Shown: in pieces, positions 13,574 through 31,973 of the stretch | How the letters are laid out: each line of letters starts with the position of its first letter | How positions within the stretch are numbered: position 1 is the first letter of the stretch | NCBI GenBank assembly: GCA_028534125.1 | Contig: CM052816.1 | Span: 16,060,001-16,124,000, forward strand | Source of the DNA: Lama glama | Lineage: Eukaryota | DNA length: 64,000 nt | Direction: 5' to 3' | Made by a program: the position numbers and the translations under genes | The notes under the pieces: model-generated | Seen by the model: the letters and a program-made list of their open reading frames with translations, nothing else | Told to the model about the DNA's origin: nothing | Databases searched by the model: none

Positions 13574-14131
13574 TGTTATCGAATTAGGGTCTGCTTGCTG
13601 TGAGCATAGCAAAGCCAATCTACTGACACAGGATTATAGGGAAGAAAACTACAGGGCACCAAGCAAGAACTGGGCAGCTAGTACTCAAAAGACCTGAACT
13701 CCCTGAGGTAGCTTTCAAGCAAGAGCTTTTTAAAGACAATATTAGGGGTGAGGTCACAGGGAGTGTCTTCAGCTCCTGGACATTTTTCTGATTGGTTGGT
13801 GGTGAGGTAGCAGGGTGATGTTTTGGGAAGCTCAGTCATCAGCCTCCTGGTTCCAACCAGTCTGGAGTCTGCGTGCTTATGGTCAGTGTGTATTATGGTC
13901 TGCATGTAGTCATCATCCTCCACCCGGTGGGGTCTTGGTTTCTGCAGAACAACTCACATTGTTATCTGTATCCCTTCAGGAAGAACTGTGACTTTAATGT
14001 TCTAATCATTGACTGCTTGAGCCTGCTCTTTGGAAGTCAGGGAAGGTCAAACAAGAAGTGGAGGACAGAGGGGCTTGTACCTGGGAAGCCTCTCTCAGGG
14101 TCCTGCTCAGTTTCAGTCACCCCTTTTCTTT
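13574..14131 (-). mobile_element. ERV1-class LTR (3' LTR with adjoining polypurine tract)
   Basis: Minus strand TGAAACTGAGCAGG...CGATAACA (TG...CA, 542 bp), CCAAT 13791-13795, TATA-like TTTAAAAA 13727-13734, preceded by AAAGAAAAGGGGTGAC (14116-14131). Confidence 0.75.
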
Positions 14132-15958
14132 GATACTCTTTAATCCAGATGGGAACAGGGACAGGACATAAAGAAAGGGAATAAAATTTTGGATAGAGGT
14201 TAATCACAACCTCAGCAGGGGAACTTGGTTTTAGGGGTTCCTCACACTCCACTGACTTTCTCACCATGTTTTGGCTCTTCACCATCCATTCCCTTGCCCT
14301 GTGGCCACCTCCTTTCCTTTGTCTCACAGCCAGTGCACTACCAGGTCCTGTGGATGCTCCCATTGCCCCTCCTCTCCCCAGTCAAGCCACTTCTCTGGCC
14401 CCACTGCTTCTTTCTTAATTCAGTCCACATCCACTCCTGGCCAGCCCTGAGGATGGAGGAGAGGGAGTGACTAGGAGCTGGGGTAGTGGGTCCTTCTGGC
14501 TCCCCTCAAGCTACTACCCACAGGAGTCTGGTTTAGGGGCACATCCATGTCCCAAGGATGCCAAGGAGAATCTGTGCCTATACACCAGCTTTCTTCTCTG
14601 AGACCTATCCCTGCTCCTCTGCTGGGGGTTCTGAGTGCCCCCTGTGCCATCCAGGGCAACCGGGATGCAACTTTGTACTCCAGCAGCACTTTGTCTCTCT
14701 CTGCTTTTTGACCCATCAGAAAAATCCCAAGCCCAGTCCAGACAAGTGACTCATTACAGCCTCAAGGAATGAAAGCTGGAAAGCCAGGCTCAGACAGCAG
14801 GGCCAACCCCTGCCCAGCCCATAGGGAAGGTGCTAAAAGAAACCAGACAACAGATGCCCTCTAGAGTCAATACAGACCACCACTGTGCCCTGGGTCTTCT
14901 CTAGATACAGAATCAAGGTATTCTGCCCTCTGCCCTCAAGGATGTCTCCATCTAGTTGGAGGTTGTGGGAAGGATTTGAATTGGGTTTTAATCGTGAAAT
15001 AGCAACCATAATAGCAGCTATGATTCTTCTTGAATGCTTACCATGTGTCAAACACTATTCTAAGCACTTAACATGCAGCCTCTCTCACACCTCAAACAAT
15101 TCCTTTGCAGATTAGGAAAGTAAGGCTCAGGGAGGTTAAGCCCGTGCATACAGTTGAAGGGATGGATTTTATAGAGTAGTTGAGAAGAGGACTCTGGGGG
15201 AGTTGGGAGGTGATGAATACTCAGTTTGGGGTAGATGGTGCCCCATTTCTTCAGTTGGAAGGAAAGGCATGTACTGGGGGGTGTCACAAGGTGACGGGTA
15301 AGCACAGCTTGCCAGGCTAAGGTGCTTGCAATTGTTCCTCTAGACTCCAAATCAACTCCTCCTTTCCTCTGTGTTTCTGTCTTAGATGATCAAATACTCT
15401 GATTTGACTAAGGAACTGGAGCTGGAAGTCTTGGTCCTGTTACAGTCTGGCTATGGGACCTTGAGCAGGGTCCTGCCCTCTCTGGGCCTCAGTGTCTTCT
15501 CCCTGAAAGAAGCCTAATTCAGGAACTTCCTATGGGTCTTTATTTATAGCTCCAGAGCACAATTTAGCTCAAGTGCAGGAGCAGCTTTAATTAACTTTAG
15601 CCTTTTAGCAAAATTGCCCCTTCTCCCACCTCACGAGTGCTCCTAAGAGGCAGGACAGGCACAAGAGAGGCAAAAGAGAGAACAGAGACCCTTCTGTCTG
15701 TTCATCTTTAAGTAGATGAATTGTCTTGGCCCTTTCCTACAGTTCAGGTTGATTAAATCTCCAGTCCTGGAGAGACAGCATCTATTCTTCCTCCTCTTCT
15801 TTACAGTCTATTCATTCATCCATCCATCCATCCATTCATTTATTCCTCAAAGGCGAGGGCCTCCTCTATGCCAAGCATTGTACTAGGCCCTGGAATACAG
15901 CTATGAACCAGGTGGACGGGGCAGTTAGATGGTGAGGTTGCCTCTGTCCTAATCTAAC

Positions 15959-15977
15959 TGGCCACCAGATGTCACCA
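15959..15977 (+). promoter_or_regulatory. CTCF-type motif
   Basis: TGGCCACCAGATGTCACCA, close to the CTCF core consensus TGGCCACCAG(A/G)(T/G)GGC(A/G)(C/G). Confidence 0.5.
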
Positions 15978-17439
15978 GTGCCAACCACAGGGCCTTTCTC
16001 AGAGCTGAGGGGAAAAAAAGAGATGGGCTAGGATGGGGAAGTGTGAACAAGTGAATCCAACCAGCTCTGCTTACTCAGTCTGAATCAGAAAAAAGTTCCT
16101 CAAGCAGAAAAAAATAATCCACCTCCTTGACCCTCTCCCATCAGAAAGACACCTTCATGATTTCCTCAACAGCACAGCTTGCTTGGGATCTTGGGAACTC
16201 ATAACCTCTGTTCAGTCTGGAATTTCTATTTATAGCCCATCCCTCATGGAGAACCCACCAGGCTTCATGTAAAACCCTTTGGTGACCATAGCTCAGTATC
16301 CCACAGGCAGCCTATATTATTAGCAGATCCTTCCTGATTTAGAACCAAAATTTGACATTCACTTTGATTTGTTCTCATTCTGTCTTCCATAAGGAAAAAG
16401 AGGAAGGTTCTTCTGCCCCATATGGCACTTCAGATATTTGAAAAGATTACTGAGGTCTTCTGAGTTTATTTGTTTATTCATCATTCATGTCTATGTACAG
16501 AGTTTTTACTGTGTGTCAGATCTTGGGGGCACAGCGGAGAGCAAGCAAGGTTGAAACCTGTCCTCCCATAGCTTGTAGTCTGTGCAAGAAACCAACAACC
16601 AAACCAGCAGTAATGATAAAGCTCGCATAGGCCAAATAGAGATCTGGGCAGCCATAGAGCAGGAGGCAAGGCCCTCACCCAGCGTGGGGCCTGGAAGGAC
16701 TTCCTGAGATCTTCTTGTGGTCAAGCAAAGGGTGAGCAACTTTGATGCCATTCAAATGTCAACATTTTTATCAAAAACTGGGAGACTTTGCTGGTACCCT
16801 GACCTTAGTCTACTCATTGGAAAATGCAGCATCATGGGGAGGGATAAGGTGTTTGAGGGACAGAAGAGGGGACAGGAAGAGCTATATAGGCCATGAAAGA
16901 GAGCATGGAGTATCTGGGGGCTGACAAGGCCCAGTCTTGTTGGAGTGCACAACTAAGGAAAGGGCTGTGAGACAAGAAACCCAAATAGAAGACAACTTCA
17001 GGCCCTTCAGTAACTTCTGGACACCAGTGTCCAATGCCTAGGTGTGATGTGGCATTTGGGGGAAATATGAGGTCACCTTCCTTGATGCAGAAATGTACTC
17101 CATTCCTGTGAACACAGCCCAGGAAGGCAGCAGACTTTTGATGAGGACTCGGCGTCCTCACGGTCCTCTGAAGCCCTCAAGGATTCTTCACTCAAACTGC
17201 TAAGAAGCCAGAGTAGCCCCACCAAGGGATCCCACAGCTGAGTTAACGAACCTCAGATTGAGTGATAGTTCCATTGTTCTCTTGCTTATTAACTTTTTTT
17301 CTCAGTTCTGATTACACAAGCAATATGTATTCATTGTAATAAAAATTTACAAATATGATAAACAAAATGAGAATCTAAAATTACTTTGTATAGATGATGG
17401 CTAATTACTATTTTATGTAATGCTTGATTTAAATTTTTT

Positions 17440-17570
17440 TGCTGTTGTTTTTTGGGGGGGTGGTAACTAGGCCTATTTATTTATTTACTTTTGGAGGAGG
17501 TACTGGGGATTGAACCCAGGACCTTGTATATGCTAAACATGCACGCTACCACTTGAGCTATACCCTCCCT
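17440..17570 (-). mobile_element. tRNA-derived SINE (Vic-1-like)
   Basis: 'ggaggtactggggattgaacccaggacc...ccacttgagctataccctccc'. Confidence 0.9.
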
Positions 17571-17604
17571 ACTATTTATTTCCTGAAAGGAGGTTCTCTC
17601 TTGG

Positions 17605-18502
17605 ATCACTCAACATCATTAGTCATCAGGGAAATGCAAATCAGAACCACAGTAAGAGGGGAGAGTATAGCTCAAGTGGTAGAGAGCATGCTCAGCATGC
17701 AGGAGGCCCTAAATTCAATCCTCAGTACCTCCATTAAAAATAAATAAAACTAATTGCCTCCCAAGCCAGGAAAAAAAAAAAAAGAACCACAATAAAATAC
17801 CACTTCACACCCACCAGGACAGCTATAATCAAAAGGACAGAAAATAAACAAACATTGGCTACGGCCTAAATAATTAGAACTCTCATAGATTGCTGGTAGT
17901 AATGTAGCATCACGCAGGCACTTTGGAAAACAGTCTGGTGGTTCTTCAAAAGTTTAAACATCGAGTTACCATGTGACACAGCAACCTCAGCCCCAGGTAT
18001 GCATACTCAAGAGAAATGCGAATATATGTCCATATAAACTCTTGTACATGAATGTTCACAGCAGCATTCTTCACAATAGCCAAAAAGTGGAAATAACTTA
18101 AATGTCTTCAATTAATAGGTATATAAATGTGGTATATCGACATAATGGAATATTATTCAGCAATAAAAAGGAATGAAATGTTGATACTTGCTACAATATG
18201 GATGAACCTCTAAAGCACAAGACAGACATAATTACATATTGTATGATTCCATTTACATGAAATGTCCAGAACAGGCAAATCCGTACAGACAAAAAGTAGA
18301 TTAGTGGTTGCCTGGGGGTGTGGTGGGCCTGATGGCTATAGGATTTCTTTTTGAGGTTATGAAAATGTTCTAAATTTGTTTGTGGTAATGGTTGCACAAC
18401 TATGTGAATCTACTAAAAACTATTGAATTGTGCACTAAATAAGTGAGTCATATGGTATGTGAATTATATCTCAATAAGGCTGTTATCAAAAACTAAAAAA
18501 AA
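17605..18502 (+). mobile_element. Old L1 3' end
   Basis: 'caacatcattagtcatcagggaaatgcaaatc' to 'gtgaattatatctcaataaggctgtt'. Confidence 0.88.
17657..17782 (+). mobile_element. tRNA-derived SINE (Vic-1-like) nested in L1
   Basis: 'ggggagagtatagctcaagtggtagagagcatgc', A tail, TSD agaaccaca(g/a)taa. Confidence 0.9.
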
Positions 18503-19714
18503 ACTGTAGATCTCTCTATCATGATGAATACCCTCTTCTAGGAGAATGTAGGTCCATTATTTACTCCTTGAAGATACAGTAGGTCCACCAGCTGCACTTC
18601 CCTATCCCTAATCATGCATCATCCAGCCCCTTTTTTTCTGTCACATCTACTAGGTTATTGTCCAGGAAAGACCATGCCACACTAGTTATCTCTGTGAGGG
18701 GGCAATAAAATGAAAACAAGGAAGTGGCTGGGGTTAGATTCAGAACCACCCATGGATGGGACATCCAGTCTCTGTGTCTGCTGGAGAGGTGACTTGAACT
18801 TGTGGAAGAGGCCAAGATAACAGAGGCTGGCAACCCTACGAGTGAGATTGTGAAAGTTATGATGATGATGGTGGTGGTGATTACAGTTAACAGTTACTGA
18901 GAACTTAAACGAGTCAGTTCTATAAGCACATTATTTTTTTCAGTCTCTTGGCAATTTTATGATATAAAAGGTATTGCCATTCCTATTTTAGGAAACTATC
19001 AAAGAAGTTAAATAACTGGGCTAAGGTCACACAGCAAGGAAAGGCAGAGGCCAGACTGGATCCCAGGTGCACCATGATAAGCTGATATTAAAATCCCCCA
19101 AATGTCCCTGCCCTAGCAGGATTCAGGGACCTTTATACATGGAAATCAGGGACTTTTAACTATGAAAGACGTGGAGGCAAAAGCATGGCTCTTTAGATAC
19201 CGGAAACCTTCCTATTCCATCCACGCTCTGTCCCAGGCCCATGTCCACTGAACAAGTGCTTAGGGTTTATTTTGCTCCCAGAAACACTATGATAAGTTTC
19301 AGGAAGACCCGTGGAAGCCTAAATGGAGATGGAAATAGAAACGAGAGCCATCCCAGACCAGCACTTCCGGGCTATCTGGAGGGAAGAAGCAGTTATCAGA
19401 AAGTGAGGGGGATGCCCCTGAAGCCAGCTAGCTGTGAAACAGAGTGTTGGCACTCAGCAACATTGGCCTGAGAGCAGCAGTCTATGAGCTGGGTCATCTG
19501 AAACTTGGGCCCAGCTTCCCTCTGTGGTCTTCAACTTCCTCCTTGGATGCTGGATGATTAGTCTGAAGAGCCTCAAAGACCTTGACCAATAGCACAGCTG
19601 GTGAAGACAATTCCATCTGTGCAGCTGTTGTGACACTCCCCATTCCCTGAGGACCTGGCCACAGCCCACAGCCTCAAACCCACTCTCGAGTACCCTTTCT
19701 TATACCATTGACCC

Positions 19715-20158
19715 TGTTATGGTTTGAACTGTGTCCCTCCAAAAGATATGCTTAAGTCTCAACCCCTAGTATCTGCAAATGTGACCTTGTTTGGAGACAG
19801 TCACTTTGCAGAAGCAACTGAGTTAAAATGAGGTCATTAGGGTGGGCCCTAATCCAATGTGACTGGTATCCTTACAAGAAGAGAAAATGCCATGTGAAGA
19901 CAGAGACAGGCAGAGAGAAGATCACACCGTGATGATGGAGGCAGAAGCGGTACAACAGCAAACCAGGGAATGCCTGGGGCTGCCAGAAAGTGGAAGAGGT
20001 GAGGAAAGATCCTTCTCTAGAGGCTTCGGAGGAAGCACGGGCCTACGAACACCATGATTTCAGACTTCTGGCCCCCCAAACTGTGAGAATAAATGTCTAT
20101 CGTTTTAAGCCACCAAATGTGTGGTCCTTTGTCACAGCTGTCCTAGGAATCTAATGCA
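19715..20158 (+). mobile_element. MLT1-type MaLR solo LTR
   Basis: TG...CA ends, 'ttgaactgtgtccctccaaaagatatg', 'aactgtgagaataaat', near-TSD gaccc/ggccc. Confidence 0.85.
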
Positions 20159-21699
20159 GGCCCCCAACATGCTTACATGCTCCAGCCACACCAGCCATTT
20201 CTATTTCCTCCCTACAGGCCAAGCTCCTTCCCACCCCAGGATCTTTTTGTGTGCCGAATGTTCTAGATCACATTCCTCCACAACTTCTCTCTCTTGGTCC
20301 TGCCAAATTCAGCTTAAATGTCACTCCTTTAGGGAAATCTGGACTTGGGTTTCCTAGGTTCCCCTCAGAACAGCAACAGGAATGCATTCTTCGAAGCCCT
20401 CAGTATCTCTGCAGTTAATTACTTACTTGTACAGTGATGCGGTGCCCATTGCCCCTGCCCAGCTGTAGGTGTCATGACCACAGGGCCTGGCCTGACACCT
20501 TCACCAGCACTGTCCCTGACACACAGCAGGAAGTCAGTACACACCTGTGTGGACTGTGTGCACAAAAGGTGTGCCGTAAATCCTGGCCTGGCATTTGAAG
20601 GCCTAGATGGTAAGGCCTCTGCTACCTCAGTGGCCTTCTCTGCAGTCAGACTTGGCCCCGAACCCTCCAGCCTCCTGGTGGCCTCCCTGCCTCCCTGGCC
20701 TCTCTCATTCCTCTCAATCAGACCACATTTTACTCTTCCTGAATGACCTGACCCTCATGCCTCCTGCAAGGTCTCCTTCAGAGCAGGTTCAAACTCAGGG
20801 AAAAGAGCCCAGAGCAGCAGCAGGCAGCAGATGGCAAGGAGACCCCAAAGTAGAGGCAACGTGAGGATTTTTTTCTCTTCACAGCATACCCTAAGTATCA
20901 AACAACAAATCCATGGTCAGTAACTCAAAAAGAAACTGTAGGAAACATAATGAGCAAAGAGGGGAAATATCCTAAAAATCACCCATATTTCCACTATACA
21001 GAGTAATCATTGTTAGCATTTTGTTTTATATCATATAGCCTTCCACATCTTTCTTCATGCAATGTATAATCCTTAAAATACAATTATACTGTTTTGTACT
21101 CTGCTTTTTTCCAATAAGAAACATATATTAAGCATATTTAAGAGTCAATAAATACAAAATTACATCATCATTTTTAGTGGCTATCCAAAATTCTATGGTA
21201 AGATGAACCACGATTTAGGTAACCAGTCTCCTATTGTCAGACATTTAGTTTTCAGTTTTTCTCTGGTGTAAACAACACTGTCACAAACATCTGAAAAATG
21301 GCATCTTTGTTGCCTTGTCTGATTATTTCTTGCTGAAGGAGTCCCAGAAGTGGATTGCTAGGTCTATGATTATGTATTTTTTAAGGCTTCTGATGCATAA
21401 TGCCAAACTGACCTATAAAATAGTCCTCCTCCAGGAGAAGGGGGCAGAGATGAAGACCAGGTTCAGGGGAAATGATGACCAGTGTGGAGCAGTGGAACTG
21501 GCAGGGGTGGTGGTGCTGGACACTGGGCAGGACACTGGAGGCTGGAGGCTGCTTGGCATAGCGGGACCTTGGGGCAGGTGTGGAGCTGGCCACTCCAGGA
21601 GGACTCTACTCAGCCCTTTTCTCTGGCAACCTTGACTTTCTTTGGTTTTGAGGCAGCTGAGCCCTTGCCACCAGAGGGGGTCCCTTGGTGCGCCAGTAT

Positions 21700-22670
21700 T
21701 AGGGGAGAGAAAGTACAGGGAATTCCCTTTATTTTTAGTGAATTATTTTTAAAAATGACAGCGTTTTCAGGAAGCCTCCTTGCTTCTGAGAGGCCAGTGG
21801 CATCCACGAATGTGGTGTGTCTCCTTGTGTCTGGTTGTGACATGGGGAAGGGTTTAGACAAGGACCCTCTGGCCCAGACACAAATGGATGCATGCTGCTC
21901 TGCAGCTGGCACCCCAGTCCCACTCCCAGGCCTGCCCTCTCCTCGTATCCAATCATCTTACCAGTCTGCCAGGGAGCGGCCAGAGACACTCCCCACCCCA
22001 CCCCAGGGAAAAACGCAGGCATGAAACTTGATCCTGGCACCACAGCCCACCCCTTTCCAGGAAATCAAGCCGCAGAACTAGCTGGGCTTTGGAGCAACCC
22101 ACCTGGCTTCATGTCCCCACGCCCTCATTCACTAGCCATGGGACTGGGGTAAGTTAATTCACCTCACTGAGCCTCAGATTATCCATCTGTACAATGAGGA
22201 TAGTATTGGACCCACCTAGATTAAGTGAAACAATATATGTAATACTTGGCATAACGTCTGGAGCATGGTAAGCACATTATTATTATCATTATTATTATTA
22301 TCATCATTATCCACACAACTGCCTTTTTGGCTGGAAGCACCACGTTCTCTCAGAGAAGTAACAAGCGTTGCCACTTCCTGTGGAGAACTAGAAACCCCGC
22401 TCTTCTGCAGGCCTTCTGCTCGCACAAAGCTTTTTACTCAAAGGCTGTTGTTACAGGAAATAACTGTTCATTTTCCCCGCCTCCGGCCTGATATTGCAGT
22501 CTTCAGAAAAAGGAGATCTGCATCTGGAAATCAGAATAAACCAATCAGGCAGGGCAGCACGGTGCAGTGTGCGTGCTTAGCTGGGTGCGTGAAATCCCGC
22601 GTGGGTGTTGTTAGAGTGTGTTTTGTTGTGGGGGCGTGAGGGGAAGCTGATGTTCAGGGTTGTGGCTGCA
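21700..22670 (+). promoter_or_regulatory. STING1: STING1 promoter and first non-coding exon region
   Basis: NF-kB palindrome GGGAATTCCC 21718-21727, GAS TTCCAGGAA 22055-22063, ETS-type CACTTCCTGT near 22372 and ACAGGAAAT near 22453, raised CpG; about 22466-22670 resembles the start of human STING1 mRNA (recalled). Confidence 0.65.
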
Positions 22671-22930
22671 GGGGGCATGAGGGAGTTTCTGAAACCCTTG
22701 GTTTGGAGGGTAGCAGTGGGCAACAGAAAGGGGGCCTTCTCAAGCTGTCTCCCTCACCCCCAGACGTGGGCGGGGCTCACCAGGGCCTTGGTAGGAGGGT
22801 TCTTCCTCCCTCCCTGAGGGGCAGGAAATAACCTCCTCCCCAGCTAGCACTCTGAACTGTGGTCTGGTGAGATTCCAGGGCTGGAGGGTTGTGGAGAAAG
22901 CATCAATTGTTTTTATACTTTCATTTTTAG

Positions 22931-23011
22931 GCTGCACCCTGAGAGGCCATTGTGCTGGGCCTTCTCTCCCTGTCGTCTTCTAGAAACAACCTGTGGTCTG
23001 GGAGACAGAAG
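22931..23011 (+). other. STING1: STING1 non-coding 5'UTR exon
   Basis: tcatttttag| acceptor and GAAG|gtaaga strong donor; sequence resembles the human 5'UTR segment that precedes the ATG (recalled, not aligned). Confidence 0.8.
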
Positions 23012-23511
23012 GTAAGATCAGGAGCAGCCCAGCCAGAGCTCCAAGGCTGAGGCCCCTGCGGACAGAGAGGTAGGTGCCCTGCCCCCACCCTCTGCACTGT
23101 GGTTTTCAGCTTTGCTGACTAAGGTCCTTCTTGGGGTGGATTGTGGGGAGAGGGAAGCCCCGGGTCCCAAGGGTCCCCTGGTGGGTAGTACCTCACAGAA
23201 CACTTTCAGGTCTGGGTCTGGGATAGTCTTCATCTTCTTTCTTCACCACATTTGCTGTCTCACTGGGGTTGGGTGAGGTGTGTATATGGGGCACCTTCAT
23301 TTCTTTCTCCATCAGTTCTGTTTTCAACAATTCTCTGCCGGGTGTGAGTTCTGGGATGCTGTATGCCCAGTCTGTCCACTAGAGGTGTCTCCAAGTCCAG
23401 GCTCTGGGTATGGCTGGGCACTAGGGAAACACAGAGCTAGGGGAAGTACCTCAGTCCCGGAACGGTATGAGAGTGAGGAGAGCACAACAGTGGATTTCTT
23501 GGTACCCACAG

Positions 23512-27175
<3,664 letters not shown>

Positions 27176-27319
27176 GGCCCAGGGTTACCTTGCCTGAGCC
27201 CCCAGCCATTCCCAAGACTCTGGTTTAGGGGATTTCTTCAGCAGCTGGAGGCCCAGCAGAGCCATTTCCTCCCACAGGGGGCCTCTCAGAGAAGGTCCCT
27301 GGACTTGGCATCTCAAGAA

Positions 27320-27460
27320 GAATCCTGTGACCTTGGGCAAATTGTTTAACCTCTCTGGGCCTCAATGTCCTCATCTATGAAATGCCTCACCTACCTCACA
27401 GGGGTGTTGTGAGGGCTACAGCTATCTGGAAGTTTTCTGTAGGCTCTAAATGCCCAGTAA
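27320..27460 (+). mobile_element. MIR fragment in STING1 3'UTR
   Basis: 'tgtgaccttgggcaaattgtttaacctctctgggcctcaatgtcctcatctatgaaatg...cctcacaggggtgttgtgagg'. Confidence 0.75.
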
Positions 27461-29977
27461 ACAAAAAGGATGTTCCAGGTGTCTTCCATTTGACCCTCAG
27501 ACCTACTCTCCACTTCTCCCTGCCTCCCTATGGCATCAACAGGCTCCCTGGTCCTCTGGCTTCTGATCATGTTCAATCAGTGGGGACCCCTAGTTGGGGG
27601 AGGGAGGAGAAGAGGAGGATAAGGGTATTTATGCCCCTAGCTCCCTCCCTGCGGTATCAAGGTCACTGTGAGCTCTGCATCTCTAGACCTAAAGTTACAG
27701 CTCGAGAACCATTTCAGTAGCCCTGTTTATCTCCAGGTCTCATTAAGTGCCTCCTCCCCATGCCCCTTCAGGCCCAGCAGTGGTACTGGCCCCTCACTGA
27801 TACTCATCCTGGAGCACTTGCTCTCCCTAGTGGTTTCCTTACACCTGCCCTTTCTAAGCAGTCTCTTTTTAAACACTCCTCAGATTACTTACAGAAGTAT
27901 GTCATCTTTTTCTGGTCAGACTCTGACTGAAACAAGCAATTGGCCTTTATTATCTGCAATGTCCAAATCTGCTTGCACAGACATACTTCCTTATACCCCC
28001 CCTCATCCTAGTACAAGGTGGTGGGGTGGTGGCTAGCAATTCATTATAGACGGAGTCAACCAGTGGACTGAGGGCATAGAGTTGGGCAGCAACCCTCACT
28101 CCACTGCCCTTTTAGTGCCCTTGTCTCCAGTGGGAGGCTTGGGAGACTGGGGGGGTGGTGCTGAGCCAGCACACAAATGCCATGAGGGGTACACAGTTAT
28201 GTCCTGGACAAGGGGCTGCTCAAAGAAGCAGGCCACTGAATAAATGATCCCGGATGAGAGTCCCTGGATAAGCAGAGGATGAGAGTTTGTGTGAGGTGAT
28301 GGGATACACCCTGGGGACCTTGGATAACACAGCCAGCCACCTGCCATATACCTTATGCCATCACTGTCAGAACTGGGCCACTGCAACAACACTGTGGTGG
28401 CAAAGTTGCCCCCATCTGGGAGGCCAGACAGCCCATTTCTGCCAGTTCCATTAATTCCACCCAGGACTTATTTCCTCCCTCCAACTTTTGTTTTTGTCAC
28501 AAATGCTCAGTATGAATTTCTGAGTGCATTACTGTGGAGAAAGACTCCATACCCAGACACACATTTGCCAGAAGGAACCCACTGCCCCTAAGGATGACAG
28601 AGACATGGGGTCCCCTCCCCCGCTACGCCAGCAATTCTGCCCCTAAGGCCTGAGGATCCTCCAACATCACACCCAGAAACCAGCCCAGAATCAAGGGTCT
28701 CCCCAACATGACCTTCCCCCATCCTTCCAGCACCCAAATTGGTACCCAGACTGTGAGGTCTGACAGCCTCAGGTTCAAATTCTGACTACACCATTTAGTA
28801 CCTGTGTCCTCCTGGGTGTCTTGATATCCCCAGTCATAAAATAGAGATAGCAGTGGCTCCTCCTCCCAAGATTGTTACGAGGAGTGAACGGTATAGTATC
28901 TGTTTGTCCAGGATGAGCCTGGAGCCCAGCATATAGCAGGCCCATAAGAAGGAGCAGCTATTAGCATTATAGCTTCCTCTTACCAGTCCCAAAGGAGGCA
29001 AGCCAGTCCTCTGCACACATTACAATCCTCATCTCTGTTCCTCTCCATCTTCTGTTATTTCCCAGCCTCCTTGACTGTGCTGAGGTCTCACCGAGGGCAA
29101 TCCCCAGGGTTGACTTGTTGCCCTCAGGTGTTTCCCAGTGTAAAGCACCCAGAAGTCCCTCCATAAATGTCTGTCTGTATGTTCTTGGCTTCACATAAGT
29201 GAGGTTCAAAGATGTCAGGGAAATGGGTACTTTTCCAGAGAGTCACTGGGAGGCTCAGCTCTGCCTTCCTGGCCTCCTGCACCTTCCCAACCTTCATGTC
29301 CCTCCCTTTGCAGGTCCTCTCTCCAATCCTTCCTTTCTCAACACAGGCCCCATGGAGCTCCTTTTCCTTTTCTGTTTTCCCACCAGCTAGAAGGTTCTGG
29401 ATCTGGGAAGTGCCCTGGGGTAAATTCTGGGCTGGTTACAGCAGACTGATGCACATGGAAAATGGGAAGTAATGAGAGCCCCTCAATTACCCCCATCCCA
29501 TCCTGGGAAGGCAAGACAGAGTCTTGCCCCAAGATAGTGGGGACCATTCAAAAACAATTTGGAGAGATATAATTAGTGCTTGAGGCTTTTAAGAGCTTTG
29601 GAAATAATTGGCAAAGCCTGAGCCCTGGAAGCCAACGGAATGTCGCCCAGTTGATGAAGGGCAACAGATTTTCCTTCCTTTCCTGAGTCCCAGAGAAGGC
29701 AGACCCCTGGGTTCTTTGCCTTGGTTCTCCATGGTGTTCTACTGGCAGCCTCTGACATCCCTGCATAGGGGCAGGGTGGGTAGTGGAATCTTCCAAGCTG
29801 GACTCACTTTTACACCAAAACGGGAGGAGATTAGGGGTGGAGGAGGGAGTAGGAACTCAGAGAAAGAGGTTTGGGGGTCTGGTGATCCCTAAAGAGGAGG
29901 AATTAGCTTTGTAAGGGTAGCCTTGGGCGCTGGGAATGCCCAGAACAGCATGTTTCTGGTCAGGGCCTCAAGCCTCT

Positions 29978-29983
29978 TTTATT
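29978..29983 (-). terminator. SMIM33: Probable SMIM33 polyadenylation signal (AATAAA)
   Basis: tttatt on + strand about 180 nt past the stop codon. Confidence 0.6.
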
Positions 29984-30160
29984 TCTCCTGTCCACATCAG
30001 GGGTTTCTCTATAAATATTCTGTTGAAAGTGAAGCTCCAGCTGGGTCTGTGTGCGCCCTTCTGAAGCTCCGATGCCTAGGTCCCAATTTGCTTTTGCCCT
30101 AATTCTCTGTCCAGTTTCTCATTCTGAGCCAGGTCAGGCCAACTTTCCAAAGTCTCCCTA

Positions 30161-31973
<1,813 letters not shown>

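Noticed and set aside
12879..13603. Cluster of ORFs up to 187 aa
   Set aside because: Expected in GC-rich sequence; no recognisable domain or exon structure.
21482..22152. 180-aa ORF and overlapping ORFs upstream of STING1
   Set aside because: Non-ATG starts, no homology recognised, and located in promoter sequence.
28239..28244. AATAAA as the STING1 poly(A) signal
   Set aside because: About 1.06 kb past the stop and competing with a variant AGTAAA near 27456; cannot be assigned from sequence alone.
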